Positions 12,178 to 24,865 of a stretch of 64,000 bases of DNA are shown here, in pieces. Source of the DNA: Octopus sinensis (Eukaryota); contig NW_021834156.1 of assembly GCF_006345805.1 (NCBI RefSeq), positions 4,456-68,455 on the forward strand, in the 5' to 3' direction. Position 1 is the first letter of the stretch; each line of letters opens with the position of its first letter. The notes under the pieces are model-generated. The model saw only the letters and a program-made list of their open reading frames with translations. It made no database searches and was not told the origin of the DNA. The translations under genes were made by a program, and so were the position numbers.

Positions 12178-12395
12178 AGTGTGTATATATTTGTGTGTCT
12201 GTGTTTGTCCACCCACCATCGCTTGACAACCGATGCTGGTGTGTTTACGTCCCCGTGACCTAGCGGTTCGGCAAAAGAGACCGATAGAAGAAGTACTAGG
12301 CTTACAAATAATAAGTCCTGGGGTCGATTTGCTCGACTAAAGGTGGTGCTCCAGCATGGCCACAGTTAAATGACTGAAACAAGTAAATGAGAAAG
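11946..12395 (+). mobile_element. Full-length tRNA-derived SINE family B with internal (TA)n(TG)n, nested in an old minus-strand SINE A
   Basis: Head AGGCGTAGGAGTGGCTGTGTGGTAAG...GGGTTCAGTCC; internal microsatellite about 12100-12200; tail ...AAATGACTGAAACAAGTAAA. The flanks ...TTTATCGAC and GTCGAAAAGATGAAAGCC... rejoin as SINE A. Confidence 0.88.
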
Positions 12396-13481
12396 TGAGT
12401 AAATGTGACGTCGAAAAGATGAAAGCCAACGTCAAGCTAGATGGAATTTAAAATCAAAATAGCGGAGCCCCGATCGAATAAGTCAAGGAGTTCTATCCGA
12501 CGTGCTTAATATTTTTCGATTTTGCCTTTTGTTACATTGTATTATATAGTTGCGTGAGTTGTGAAAATATGCTTGATGAAGTAATGGTCTCGCGGATTTT
12601 AATCTATACACACAGAAATATGATGCATCAAATTATAAATATATACAACGAGAGGACGGACGTAAAATGTTGTAGATAGTGTTAGAGCCATGATATGATT
12701 AGATTTTGAAAGTTATGCATATGTAGCATAATTATGTTATGTACGGGCATTAATAATCAGAGAGTTTTATCTTAGTTTATATAATTAAGTTACGTAAATA
12801 TACATTCTGAGTTCCAGTTGAAAGAATTCTAGAATTCTTGCAAATTTGAGAGATAATGTACTGAAAATTATCAAACGGAATTGAGTGAGAACTGTTAGAA
12901 TTTACAAAATTAGAGAGAGATAGCTGCAAAAGTAGATGCATGCACTTAGTTACATAGTTATAGATAATATTTTGGCAGTAGATTTACGGTGGACATAATC
13001 GCTACATACAAAACAGCAGTTCTAATATAGTTAGAGACAGATACACCTAAAAGTAGGTGAATTATGCCTTTAAACTTGTAAGGCGAACCGTATTGAGACA
13101 GAGTCCTCACTGCTGATACGTGATGTATTACTGGGGACTCAATAATTTGTAGATAGAATTGACAGACTCAGGGTTGGTATTCAAAAATACATGTCCCTAT
13201 TGTAGAGGGTTAACAATAAGCGAATCTAAATTATGAACACTGAAAGTATATGGCACATGAAATATAGTTATTGTTATTTTAGCATATGTGTACAAAGAAA
13301 CACATATACACACATTGTAGACTTGCACATGTGTAGATGCAAAAATGCATATATACATAGCTATATATCTGTCTGTCAATCTGTCAGTCTGCTTCTGTCT
13401 GTCCCTATCTCTCCCTTTCTGGCTGTCTGTCTATCTATCTATCTCTCTATCTCTCTCTCTATCTATCTATTTATCTATCTA

Positions 13482-13521
<40 letters not shown>

Positions 13522-13524
13522 CAT

Positions 13525-13685
13525 ATATACGACGGTGTTCCTTCAGTTTCCATCTACCAAATCCACTCACAATGCTTTGGTCGGCCCGAGGCTATAGTAG
13601 AAGGCACTTGCTCAAGATGCCACGCAGTGGGAATGAACCCGGAATCATGTGGTTGGTAAGCAAGGTACTTACCACACAGCCATCC
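13525..13685 (-). mobile_element. SINE family B, 5' half
   Basis: GACGGTGTTCCTTCAGTTTCCATCTACCAAATCCACTCACAA...ACCACACAGCCA matches family B up to the internal microsatellite. Confidence 0.85.
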
Positions 13686-15276
13686 TGCACCGATGTATGT
13701 TGATATTTTACTGTCGATATTCTGAATTTTGCACTATGTTACAAGAAACAGTTTGTAGGGGCGCAGTGATTAGATAATGTCGTCCCAGAACATATCAAGA
13801 GAGCTACACTTTTTGAGTACAATACTTATCTGAAGCTCATACGGATGCGTATGTACAGACGTGGACGCGGACACACATTTATATACATGTACCTAAATAT
13901 ATATTTTCTTGTGCATTAATTTACATTCAAGAATGTACTAAGAATAGATATGCAAATGAACCTTTCGGATCATTACAATATGCAGTGCAAATAACGATTT
14001 TTTCTTGGTTGGCAGATATGAGCAGTAATCAGTTTTGGCCATTGTAATTATATACAAAACCAGCGATTTGTTTAGACAAAAAAAATCTGGTATCTCTCGC
14101 TGGTGAGTCACAAACCAAAACATCAGGATCCGCGGATTCCTTGTACTAATGAACCTCGTGTTTCATGAAAACACTTCCGAAACAATTCCTGATTCGATAT
14201 TTTGTACAAATGCAAGTACATAGACAAATAACTATTGTTCAACAGGAGGACGCCACCCTCACTGGATTAAATAGCCATCTCACAAATTTGACCGCATAAT
14301 CTTTATATTATTCTACATCCGCTAGATTGATCAAGATTTCTGCAGACAAACAGGACGATAATCTTGCTTTTCATTTCTCTTCTTCTTCAATATTTATGTC
14401 AACTATCTTCGTGGTTGTCTTGTCGTTTTCGTCATGTTTACTCCTAGACCAATCTTCTGGATTTTAAGTAGGTATTCACTGAGAATGAATGAATATATGG
14501 CACGGTATAAATGTCTGCCAAATTATTATATCTCTACAGCATGAAACTATCAGTAGCACTTTTATTATGTTCCGCCTATATTAAATGGAATATACATTCA
14601 TATATATATATATATATATATAATATGTATGTATATATATGCATGTATGTATGTATTTGTATATATATGCATAGTGTAATATAATGTAATAAAATATAGA
14701 ATGTTTTGTAGTAATATCCAACCAAGGAGAGTAGTCAATACACAAATACAATATTATGATAAATTATCAGCTCATATGTTCTAACGGAGAATTGTCTCAA
14801 GCCGTTAGACGTACATGGTGTTTCTGAATATAATATAAGTGTTATTCGCAAGGAGATCGCAGTAATAAAACTTACTCGAATACCTGCGATATATAGCGTA
14901 GCGGTTATTCATTCTCTTCTCTCTCTCTCTCTCTCTCTCTTTGTCTCTTCCTCTATCTATCTATTCATCGAGATACATAAAGAGAGAGATTGGGAAATGT
15001 CTATGTCCATATATATATATATATATATCATATATTATATATATATATATGTATGTGTGTGTATATGTGTGTGTGTGTATGCATGTATATGTTATACATA
15101 CATATGTATGTATATGTATGTGTATGCATATATGTATATATATATATATTATGTGTGTGTGCAATATACATGTATGTAATGTATATGAGTGTAAATACAT
15201 ATATACTTATCTGCATATATATATATATGTACAGTATACATGTATGTATATGAGTTTAAATAAATATATACTTATC

Positions 15277-15339
<63 letters not shown>

Positions 15340-15758
15340 ACAATATACATGTATCGATATGAGTGTAAATAAATATATACTTATCTGCATATATATATAT
15401 ACAGAGAGAGGGAGAGAGAGACAGAGACAGTCAGACAGAGAGACAGACAGAGTAAGGGCTATATGTGTATTGTCCTCCTAACTGGAGAGTTGATTGTGTA
15501 ATTGTGTTCTGCATCAGAGTTTCCGTCCATCTTCATTATATTTGCAATGCTAAGTGTATAAATAACGTCCCACTGAATACTTTATACGGTTTCAGCTTAT
15601 CGTATTCAAAGGCCTGATCACAATCTGTCCGTTCACTATTATTATAGCTAATTAACGCTGTTGTTCTAGGACCATTATATAACTTAACTTACCGTTAATA
15701 TCACGTTATCGTGGTACACAAACACACGCTCACATACACACACACATATATATATATA

Positions 15759-15826
<68 letters not shown>

Positions 15827-16121
15827 TAATTGAGTAGTTGATGATTATCTTATTATGGAAATCGGTTACCGATACCTGGGTAGCCAATTCACGTCAGAAA
15901 AACACGGTTGAAGTTACATGCCTAGGGCAGAGATCACGTGCTATCGTGTGGAAAAATTTGTGTGTTTTTGAATACAAATAATGAAAGAATGGAGTTGAAC
16001 GACGAATTTTGTTAATTCGTCGTTCAACTCCATTCTTTCATTTATATATATATAATTATATATATATATATAAATGTTTGTTTATATACACACACCATAC
16101 GTACACACATATATATATATA

Positions 16122-16310
16122 TATAGTCGCCATGTTTGATGGTAAATTCACAAGCTTTTTTATTCTCTATCTGTTTATCTCCTCGTGTTCCTTGCTGTTG
16201 AAGATCGTTGGCTCGAAATGTAAAAGACCTTGCCGAGCGTCAAACTAATAACCTGCTTGTTGTTTAAACACTTGTTTTCGTCTTTTGTTTATCTGTAAAT
16301 TTCAACTCTC
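16122..16310 (+). mobile_element. Penelope-like pseudo-LTR fragment (family P2) with degenerate hammerhead motif, in (TA)n
   Basis: CTGTTGA-A-GATC-GTTG-GCTC-GAAAT-GTA-AAAGAC...GAGCGTCAAACTAATA; homologous to 40010-40225 and 62960-63125. Confidence 0.65.
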
Positions 16311-16508
16311 TCTCTCATATATATATATAATATATATAATATATATTATATATATTATTATTATATATATATATATATATATAATATATAATATATATAT
16401 ACATGCATATGTACATATTTATATACATATATATTGCATATATATATATAAACACACACACACATATATATATACATATATATATTTTTATGCACACACA
16501 CAGAGACA

Positions 16509-16540
<32 letters not shown>

Positions 16541-16587
16541 CGTATATATTTATAAATATACACGTATGTACTGCTTTGATGTGAAAT

Positions 16588-16870
16588 ACGAGGGTTAAAT
16601 GTTCATAGAGTGGCTGTTATATTCTCATCAAGTATAACCAAATGAGGTTTATTTTTCAGCATAGACTGCATTGCGGTTCTCACACTTCTTCCATCAGCGT
16701 TGCTGTGTTTGGATCCCGTTCGTGAAATGTTATATCCTATTGGCCAAAAATAGTTATCGTCATCATCACTGGGATACTGCTTTCTAGCTTATATTTTCCA
16801 TATTGGAAACTGATGATATTCAGATGGGGCCAAATTATACAGCTGCGTTTTACCAAAATGTCCCATTGTT
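16588..16870 (-). mobile_element. 3' end of a mariner element
   Basis: Terminus TACGAGGG typical of one mariner TIR class; the reverse complement translates to GIQTQQR*WKKC, resembling the GIxKLxxRWxKC C-terminus. Confidence 0.6.
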
Positions 16871-16976
16871 TTAATATATATATTTATATTCGACTTTTGG
16901 TAATTTGGGAATGATATAAAACTGTTTTGACCGATTGGGATTTTATTCTTTATACATACAATTTATATATATAAAT

Positions 16977-17040
<64 letters not shown>

Positions 17041-17044
<4 letters not shown>

Positions 17045-17235
17045 ATCCAAACAAGAAAACAAAAAAAACACAACAACGCGAGGACGTGGAACAAATAAAG
17101 TATTATTTGACGCTCAGGAAAGAAGGGAAGAAGGAGGGTTTAATGTTTCGAGCGGAGCTCTTTGTCGGAAACATAGGAGAAGGAAGATCCGAAAGGGAAG
17201 ACAGAGGAAAAAAATCGCCAGCGGTACTCACAAGT
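17041..17235 (-). mobile_element. Penelope-like pseudo-LTR fragment (family P1) abutting (TA)n
   Basis: Reverse complement is nearly colinear with 50645-50830; hammerhead-like GTTT-CCGACAA-A-GAGC-TCC-GCTC-GAAAC-ATT-AAAC has a mutated core. Confidence 0.7.
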
Positions 17236-17266
17236 CACATATTGAAAAGCATTATATATATGATAT

Positions 17267-17297
<31 letters not shown>

Positions 17298-18361
17298 ATT
17301 TAAAATGAGGGTGAAAAATTGAATATTAATTTGATTAACATCAAGTTAAAACCAGTGGTCTAGCATATTAAAATCTGAAGGTTCAGTAAATTGTATTACA
17401 TACATATGTATATGTGTGTGTATGTATATGTGTATGTATGCATGTATGTGTGTATGTGTTTGTGCGTTTGCGTCGGTGTGAGTGTGCATATGTATGTTTA
17501 TGTGTACTTGTTATTTGCTTCTCGTCACTTGGCAACCGGTATGGCTCCATTTGTGTCTTTGCAACTTCGCTATATTTACATAGTTTCTTTGATACGCAAG
17601 TTAGAAAGTCGACATGACATGACGCATTTTAAAGCTGTCACCAAAGAATCAATTCGTGGTTGGATCACGTATAACATTATATAAGACAACAATCAACTTA
17701 TTGCCTATGTATTTTAATAGATCAAGTAGCGCTTAAGATTAACGCTACGCGCATAGATTTCTTACTATCTTCAACATCCTCATGAATCTAGCAAAGTGGA
17801 TCTTTTATAAATAGCACCTCCAGCAGTCCACCTTTTTTCTCACGCGTTGTCTCTCATGTCAGGGATTATAAAAGTCATTGATTACGTAAACTGATATGTC
17901 GACGAAATCGGATGTCTTTGGAGACGTTTCCTGATTGTCTCTATTGTATTGTTCTTAATTTTTAACCCTAAGTAGTCTCTGGTGGTCTCGGAGACCTGTT
18001 CTCAAGTGTTCTCCACTCATGGATAACCTGTATTTTATTTCCTTTAGAACATAGCCTATACCTCAGGTTATTATCTAGGTAATGTGTTTGCATATCAGTA
18101 GAATGACATTTCACGGTTATTAATCAATGACATCTTAAGTGAGAACTGATACCAGTGAAGTAAATATATGTTGTTTGCTTAAAACATTTCGTTGAGAAGT
18201 ATATTACACAATAGAGTGTATAAAAGGTGAAGGAGGGGAGACTGGCTGCTGTGAATCGAGGCTACGAGATTACACGTCTGGGCTTATATATGCTCACACA
18301 CACGAGCGCGCGCACACATAGGCACACCGTTCACAAACACACATATACATATATATACATA

Positions 18362-18525
18362 TATACGACAGGCTTCTTTCAGTTTCCGTCTACCAAATCC
18401 ACTCACAAGGCATTGGTCGGCCCGGGGCTATAGCAGAAGACACTTCCCCAAGATGCCATGCAGTGGGACTGAACCCGGAACCATGTGGTTGGTTAGCAAG
18501 CTACTTACCACACAGCCACTCCGTG
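18362..18525 (-). mobile_element. SINE family B, 5' half
   Basis: Matches the family B head. Confidence 0.85.
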
Positions 18526-18540
18526 AAATATATATATATT

Positions 18541-18760
18541 TCTTTACTGCCCAGAAGGGGCAAAGCATAGAGGGGACAAACAAGGACAGACGAAGGGATT
18601 GAGTCGATTATATCGCCCCCAGTGCGAAACTGGTACTTTATTTATCGACCCCGAAAGGATGAAAGGCAAAGTTGACCTCGGGGGAATTTGAACTCAGAAC
18701 GTAACGACAGACGAAATAACGCTAAGCATTTCGCCCGGCGCGTTAACGTGTCTAACAGCT
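18541..18760 (-). mobile_element. SINE family A
   Basis: Matches the family A body and tail. Confidence 0.85.
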
Positions 18761-18873
18761 CTCTTGAAATATATATATATATATATATATTCTTTTATTC
18801 TTCTGTTTGTTCCAGTCATTTGACTGCGGTCATGCTGGCGTCCCTTATTCGATTTTATTCGTTTTATTCGTTT

Positions 18874-19121
18874 GTCACTGGTGCCATGGGAGCATTGGTT
18901 TCAATGCCACCCAACATGAAGAAATATGTGGAAAATTTAGAAATACACTTCAATCTAGGTGTATTGCAAAAATCGGTATTACTTGGAACTGCATGCATAT
19001 TGCATAAGGTTCTGTCTGTCTGAGGTCCTTGTAGTAACTTGACAGACGGCACAAATCCACGGTAGACAGAATATTTTTCAACCAGCAACATCACGATATT
19101 GGATACTTTGTGACGTCTTAC
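18874..19121 (+). mobile_element. 3' end of a second R4/Dong-like RLE retrotransposon, followed by (TAA)n
   Basis: End of ORF 18688-19023: VTGAMGALVSMPPNMKKYVENLEIHFNLGVLQKSVLLGTACILHKVLSV*, matching the R4-clade GALG...LQKxxLLGTAxILRKVL signature; about 100-bp 3' UTR, then (TAA)n. Confidence 0.82.
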
Positions 19122-19228
19122 AAAATAATAATAAAAATAATAATAATAATAAAAATAATAATAATAATAATAAAAATAATAATAACAATAAAAATAATAA
19201 ACGCAACAACAACAACAACATCAAAAGT

Positions 19229-19781
19229 AATGCCTTGATGCATTACCAGGCAGTGGCTTTCATGGCTTTCGCTCTTAACTGATTGGAAGTGTTATTCTGT
19301 TCATTGTTTTGTCTTGGCATAAAAGATGGGCTACAGTAAATATTCTGCTCAATACCACAGATTAGTTTGCCAGTTGTTTGACCTAACAGTTGTGCATGTC
19401 CCTTAGTGGCTTACTATACATGCAACTCTGATCACGAGCAGAAGTATAGGGGGAGCATCATAGCCCTGTGGTGAGAGAAATTCTTTGGGGTTTGAATAAT
19501 TCACCTCTGGAAACATGGATGTTTCGTTGACCATCCTTAAGCAACCCTTATTCAGGGACCTTTTGAGCGGGATGTGCTACTCGACCTGATGAAAATTCTA
19601 ACTGGGCTGCACCTGAGAGTTTATGCGCTGTTTATCTTGATATGAGATCACCATGTCACGCACATATGGTTGTTATACATAGGGTTGTGATGCTTATCAG
19701 ACGGGTAGTCCTGATCGGTATACTGCGATTCTTATATTCTACCCCAGTGTCACTTTGATGTCATGCGTTACTCTCTCACTC
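19229..19781 (+). mobile_element. Full-length family D 550-bp non-coding retroposon in (TAA/CAA)n
   Basis: Begins AATGCCTTGATGCATTACCAGGCAGTGGC and ends GTCACTTTGATGTCATGCGTTACTCTCTCACTC(AAT)n; colinear with 30086-30638 and 35834-36402. Confidence 0.8.
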
Positions 19782-19965
19782 AATAATAATAATAATAATA
19801 ATAATATAATAATACATAATAATAATAATAATAATAATCATAATATAATATAATAATAGATAAAATAATAATAGAAATAATATAAGAATAATAATATAAT
19901 AATAATAGTAATAATAATCGTAATAGTAATAATATAATAATAACAACAACAACAACAACAACAAC

Positions 19966-20008
<43 letters not shown>

Positions 20009-20196
20009 CAAACTTTTTTTATTTATTTATTTTTTTTTATTTTTATGTATTAGACATTCACTAGTACAACACCAACCCCCAAACCCCCCAAAAACCCCCA
20101 AATATATGGCACAGAACTTCCAACCTGTTGCCTCTTGAGGTCTCTGGGTGAGACTTGGAGCCAACTTGTACAGACATAAAGCAAAAGTCAAACATA

Positions 20197-20228
<32 letters not shown>

Positions 20229-20550
20229 TTCACCAGACAATATGCCCTAACATTCTGACAATATCGATACTAAAAGCTGTTATAATATGTCTGTCGAAAA
20301 TCCGGATTCCAAGGCAGCAAATTTACCAGTCAGCAAATTCTAATCAAATGAAGACAGCAAAAGAATATTCGCCGCCGGGAATTTATAATGTTCTCAAAAA
20401 GAAATCTTCAGGCAAGCAAGCACCTCAGATATACAAAACTGTCTTCAAAGAATTCACTCCAATAATTTATACTTGACTTCAAATGATGGTTACTGAATAT
20501 GAATTCTGACTGTATTGTTGTTCGTTCAAGTTGTCTTACAATAATTGTTT

Positions 20551-20594
<44 letters not shown>

Positions 20595-20651
20595 CATAAT
20601 AATAATAATAATAATAATAATATAATAATGATGATGATGATGATTTCGTTT

Positions 20652-20722
<71 letters not shown>

Positions 20723-20783
20723 TTCGTTTGTAATAATAATAATAGTAATAATGATTTGGTTTGTAATAATAATAATAATAATG

Positions 20784-20814
<31 letters not shown>

Positions 20815-20863
20815 ATATAATAATAATAATAATAATAATAATGATTATTTCGTTTGTAATAAT

Positions 20864-20919
<56 letters not shown>

Positions 20920-20930
20920 TAATAATAATA
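19782..20930. repeat. Large (AAT)n field with embedded islands, including a probable third R4-like 3' UTR (about 20050-20198)
   Basis: (AAT)n at 19782-20005, 20198-20228 and 20560-20930. The island motif TGAGGTCTCTGGGTGAGACTTGG resembles TGAGGTCCTTGTAGTAACTTG of the 3' UTR at 19021. Confidence 0.7.
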
Positions 20931-21488
20931 CTGAGAGAGAGTTCCGCGCTGAATAACAACTTGGATGTGCTACCCCAGGTTCTCCATTCAAAAACAAATC
21001 TAATCTAATAACATCGGTAGAATGGTATAAAGGAACCTGTGTAAGACTTGAAGGAAGCGGCCTTTTAACGAAGATAATCACAAAGACAATATTTATTGCC
21101 ATACAAAGCATGGTTTCTTCCATGTACGATGTATGAATGAAACATATACAAAAGACATATGTGAAATCAACATCGGAAAGTATAAAAATTATAAAATATA
21201 GGCGGAAAAACACAGTAAGTACGCAAATTGATTAATTACGCATACACTCGAATGTCTACACAACCATATATATATATATTTTAATACACCTAGGACTACA
21301 CATACATCCCAATGTTTACACAAGTATGTGAATTTTACAGGACACATATACACACACGCATATGAAAGCACGTGTCATAAATGAATCGCAAATATAACAA
21401 AACATTTTTTTTTTCGAACTAACATAATGGAGCGAACAATTCATATGTTTAAAAACACCACAAAAATCTATGCCCGGGGATAAAACTA

Positions 21489-21888
21489 TACTCTTCTACT
21501 CTTTTCTCTTTTACTTGTTTCAGTCAGTTGACTGTGGCCATGTTGGAGCACCGCCTTTAGTCGAGCAAATCGACCCGAGGACTTATTCTTTGTAAGCCTA
21601 GTACTTATTCTATCGGTCTCAATTGCCGAACCGCTAAGTTACGGGGACGTAAACACACCAGCATCAGTTGTCAAGCGATGTTGGGAGGACAAATACACAC
21701 ACACATACATATAGATATGTATATATACATATATACGACGGGCTTCTTTCAGTTTCCGTGTACCAAATCCACTCACAAGGCTTTCGTCGGCCCGAGGCTA
21801 TAGTAGAAGACACTTGCCCAAGGTGCCACGCAGTGTGACAGAAACCGGAACCATGCGGCTACTCACCACACAACCACTCCTACGCCTA
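21489..21888 (-). mobile_element. Full-length SINE family B
   Basis: Tail TACTCTTTT repeats through head CCACTCCTACGCCT; internal (CA)(TA) tract at about 21690-21735. Confidence 0.9.
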
Positions 21889-21974
21889 TCAAAAATAAAT
21901 AAATACAGAAGAATACATATTTATTAGTCTTATGGAGCGACGTTACGAGCAATGTTTTCATTCAGAGAACTTGG

Positions 21975-22322
21975 AGGCGGTGAAAGGATGAAAAACCAAG
22001 TCATTCTCTGGATTTTAAGCTGAAATTCTTTACGAAGACAGCATTACACCAACGCATTATATGCATACATACGTACACATGTGCGTGTGTGAGTGTGTCT
22101 AGGTATCTAAATGCATGCTAGCATATTGATGTATGTATGAAATGAATCAATGCTGCCTCTCAATTCTCGGGCGTAGAAGCATTGTATTAAGTATTGACAT
22201 CAGTGAAAAGAGACCTACGCTAAACTATGTACTGCGTACATACCAATCTCAGAATGTAGGGATAGACGAAATGCTGCTAAACATTTTGCTCCGTGTGCTA
22301 ACAATTCTGCCAGCTCACCAAT
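21975..22322 (-). mobile_element. Degenerate SINE A split by a ~250-bp insertion copied from 27559-27887
   Basis: SINE A head at 22250-22322 and continuation GACTTGGTTTTTCATCCTTTC at about 21982-22002 flank a near-identical copy of unique sequence from 5.5 kb downstream. Confidence 0.75.
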
Positions 22323-22789
22323 AATACTAATAACACTACAACTACTACTACTAATAATAATAATCCTAGTTATTTTTCTTGTTGTTGTATATTATATGTC
22401 GTTATGGTCCTTCTCTATAATTCCTGGTGGATCGGTGGTGTTGGTGATGGCATACGTCCATTTTCTTTTTTCCCATTATATTTGTTTGAATATTTAAAAA
22501 GATGAATCTCTTTAAATAATCTTTGTAAATTTCCTTTATGTGTGTTATTGGATCAGTTCTGATTCTAACAGAGAATATGGAGGATTAATTCTGAGAGATT
22601 ATAATACAACTAATCCTGTATCGTGTTTGCAGTTTATACGCACATCGACAAATATGCACATCGTGGCAATCACTCACAGACAGACACAGATTTATTATTA
22701 TTTCGGAGGGGAACGAAATAAACTGCATCAACTTGCTATAAAAAACAGGTAGTAATTTTAGGTTGCTTTTATCCTTAGTGCAAGTCTGG

Positions 22790-23500
22790 AAGAGTGCAAT
22801 TCGATTTTAACAGTTATTTTTATAAAGCTATAATGGAAGTGACAAAAAAGCATATTCGGCATATTTTGCTTTATGAGTTCAATAAAAGCAACAACACATC
22901 GGAAAGTGCAAGGAATATTAATGCAGTATATGGGGATCGGAAAATAAGCGTAAGCCAGTGTCAGAAACTACAGCATAGAAGATGAGTCTCGCTGTATGAT
23001 TTGTAGAGCTCAACGAGGAAGAAAATGCCATTGTAACTGTTGAGAAACCAGCAGAGAAGCTTGGATTTGGTCATTCAACCATTCATCGACACCTGCCTGC
23101 CGTTTGAAAAGTCAGAAAGTTGGGTTAATGGGTTCCTCACAACCTTTCCAAGTCTGTATGCTCGGCCACGTATAGAAAGGATGATATTCCAAAGGCTGGA
23201 GCAGTTTGAATGAGAAACGATGTTACACCCACCGTATTCACAGGACATTACCCCATCTGACTATCATTTATTCTGCAGTTTTCAAAATCATTTGGACGAA
23301 GGAAATGTGAATTCTTTAGACGAGGTCAGAACAATACTGTACGAGTATTTTTTGGAAGAGGGACCACATACAAGTCTACAAGATAGATGGAAAGAAAATG
23401 TACAAAATGAAGGAGAGTATATTTTAGATTAAAAAAGAACTTTGTTCATCTCAATTTAAAAAAAATAAAAGATGTATAAAAACTACATTATTTATGAGAT
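22790..23500 (+). mobile_element. Internally deleted mariner transposon
   Basis: MEVTKKHIRHILLYEFNK...SARNINAVYG (N-terminus) and LHPPYSQDITPSDYHLFCSFQNHL...RWKENVQNEGEYILD* (C-terminus); right end ACATTATTTATGAGATGAC is mariner-TIR-like. Confidence 0.88.
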
Positions 23501-23505
23501 GACAT

Positions 23506-23541
<36 letters not shown>

Positions 23542-23783
23542 CAAGTATAGAGACCGTGCGCAGTAATATTCATGAATAAAATCAGTAAGGGGAACGGTAA
23601 TAGGATGCAAGATCTAAAAGTCAAACATAAGAATTATCCTTGCTGATATTCAAATTCCCGTGACTGAGTTTTGTTCCTTCCTTAGCAACCAATTCCTACC
23701 ATTCAAAATACTAAATAATACGCATGCACAACTACATAAATACATACGTACATACATAATACATACATACATACATACATACA

Positions 23784-23816
<33 letters not shown>

Positions 23817-24365
23817 GTATACACATATATATATTTGTATGAATATATGTACATATGTACGTACGTAAATAAATATGTATAAATGTATATATAATATATA
23901 TATATATATATATATGCATGCGCATATATTTTTTGTATGTATGTATACATCTTGTCGATTATTTATGCTTACAGCCATGGTTAAACATAACTTGGAGAGT
24001 GTATAATTTAATTAGAAGCTGAATACTTTTATGCAGCCACTCTCAGTTTTATTTTACGGATTTATTAAGTACCATGGCAATATATAAGGGAATATATTCG
24101 CGGCCATGTCCAAATTTATTCTTCAGCATCATACCAAATTCTAGTTGCTGATAAATTCATTTATGCTGTTGTCATGCGCAGTCGTTATACACAGGATCAG
24201 TGTGTAAGATAACAATGATACACACACATACTTAATATTCATATATATATATATATACACATATATGTATACAAACTTTCTTGTATATATATATATATAT
24301 TATATATATATACATATTACACACACACACACACACACCACACACACCACACACCACACACACAC

Positions 24366-24411
<46 letters not shown>

Positions 24412-24865
24412 ACCATGGATGCGTGAGGTTCTATATATTTGATACTTAATATAATACATTATTCTTAATTCCAGTTGTGAAAATTCTCGCAAATTGCTAA
24501 ATTGCTATTTTATGGATATTCTGTATAAAGTGTATAATGCACATTTATTACATATACTGTGTTGGCTGTACATGTATGGTCCGGGCGTACACTGTCTAAT
24601 AAATATATACCAATGTGAGTTGAAATTCGAAGTTAACCAGCATAACTTTAGTTTATATTAACCCTCCAAAACATGTTTATTATGTATCGTCTTTCCTTTC
24701 TGCTTTTCATACTTTTTCTTCCCTCCTTCGATGTTACTGGGAAGCTGAAATAAGCTCAGGATACTTTTTACTATAAAAGAGAAATGATGTACGATTTTTC
24801 GGGAGGAAATTTTCAAAATACGTACATCCTTCCCTGTGCACCGGATCTTCGCCTATTATTTGATA

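Noticed and set aside
14135-14195. Possible hammerhead CTAATGA...GAAACAATT
   Set aside because: G5 is mutated, there is no valid cleavage triplet and no stem I.
19229-19310. HDV-like ribozyme, hammerhead or 5S rRNA-derived head at the 5' end of family D
   Set aside because: I could not build the P1/P3/L3 pseudoknot; CTGATGC lacks a matching GAAA; the resemblance to 5S (CTGATCT...CTGAT..GGAAG) is too short to support.
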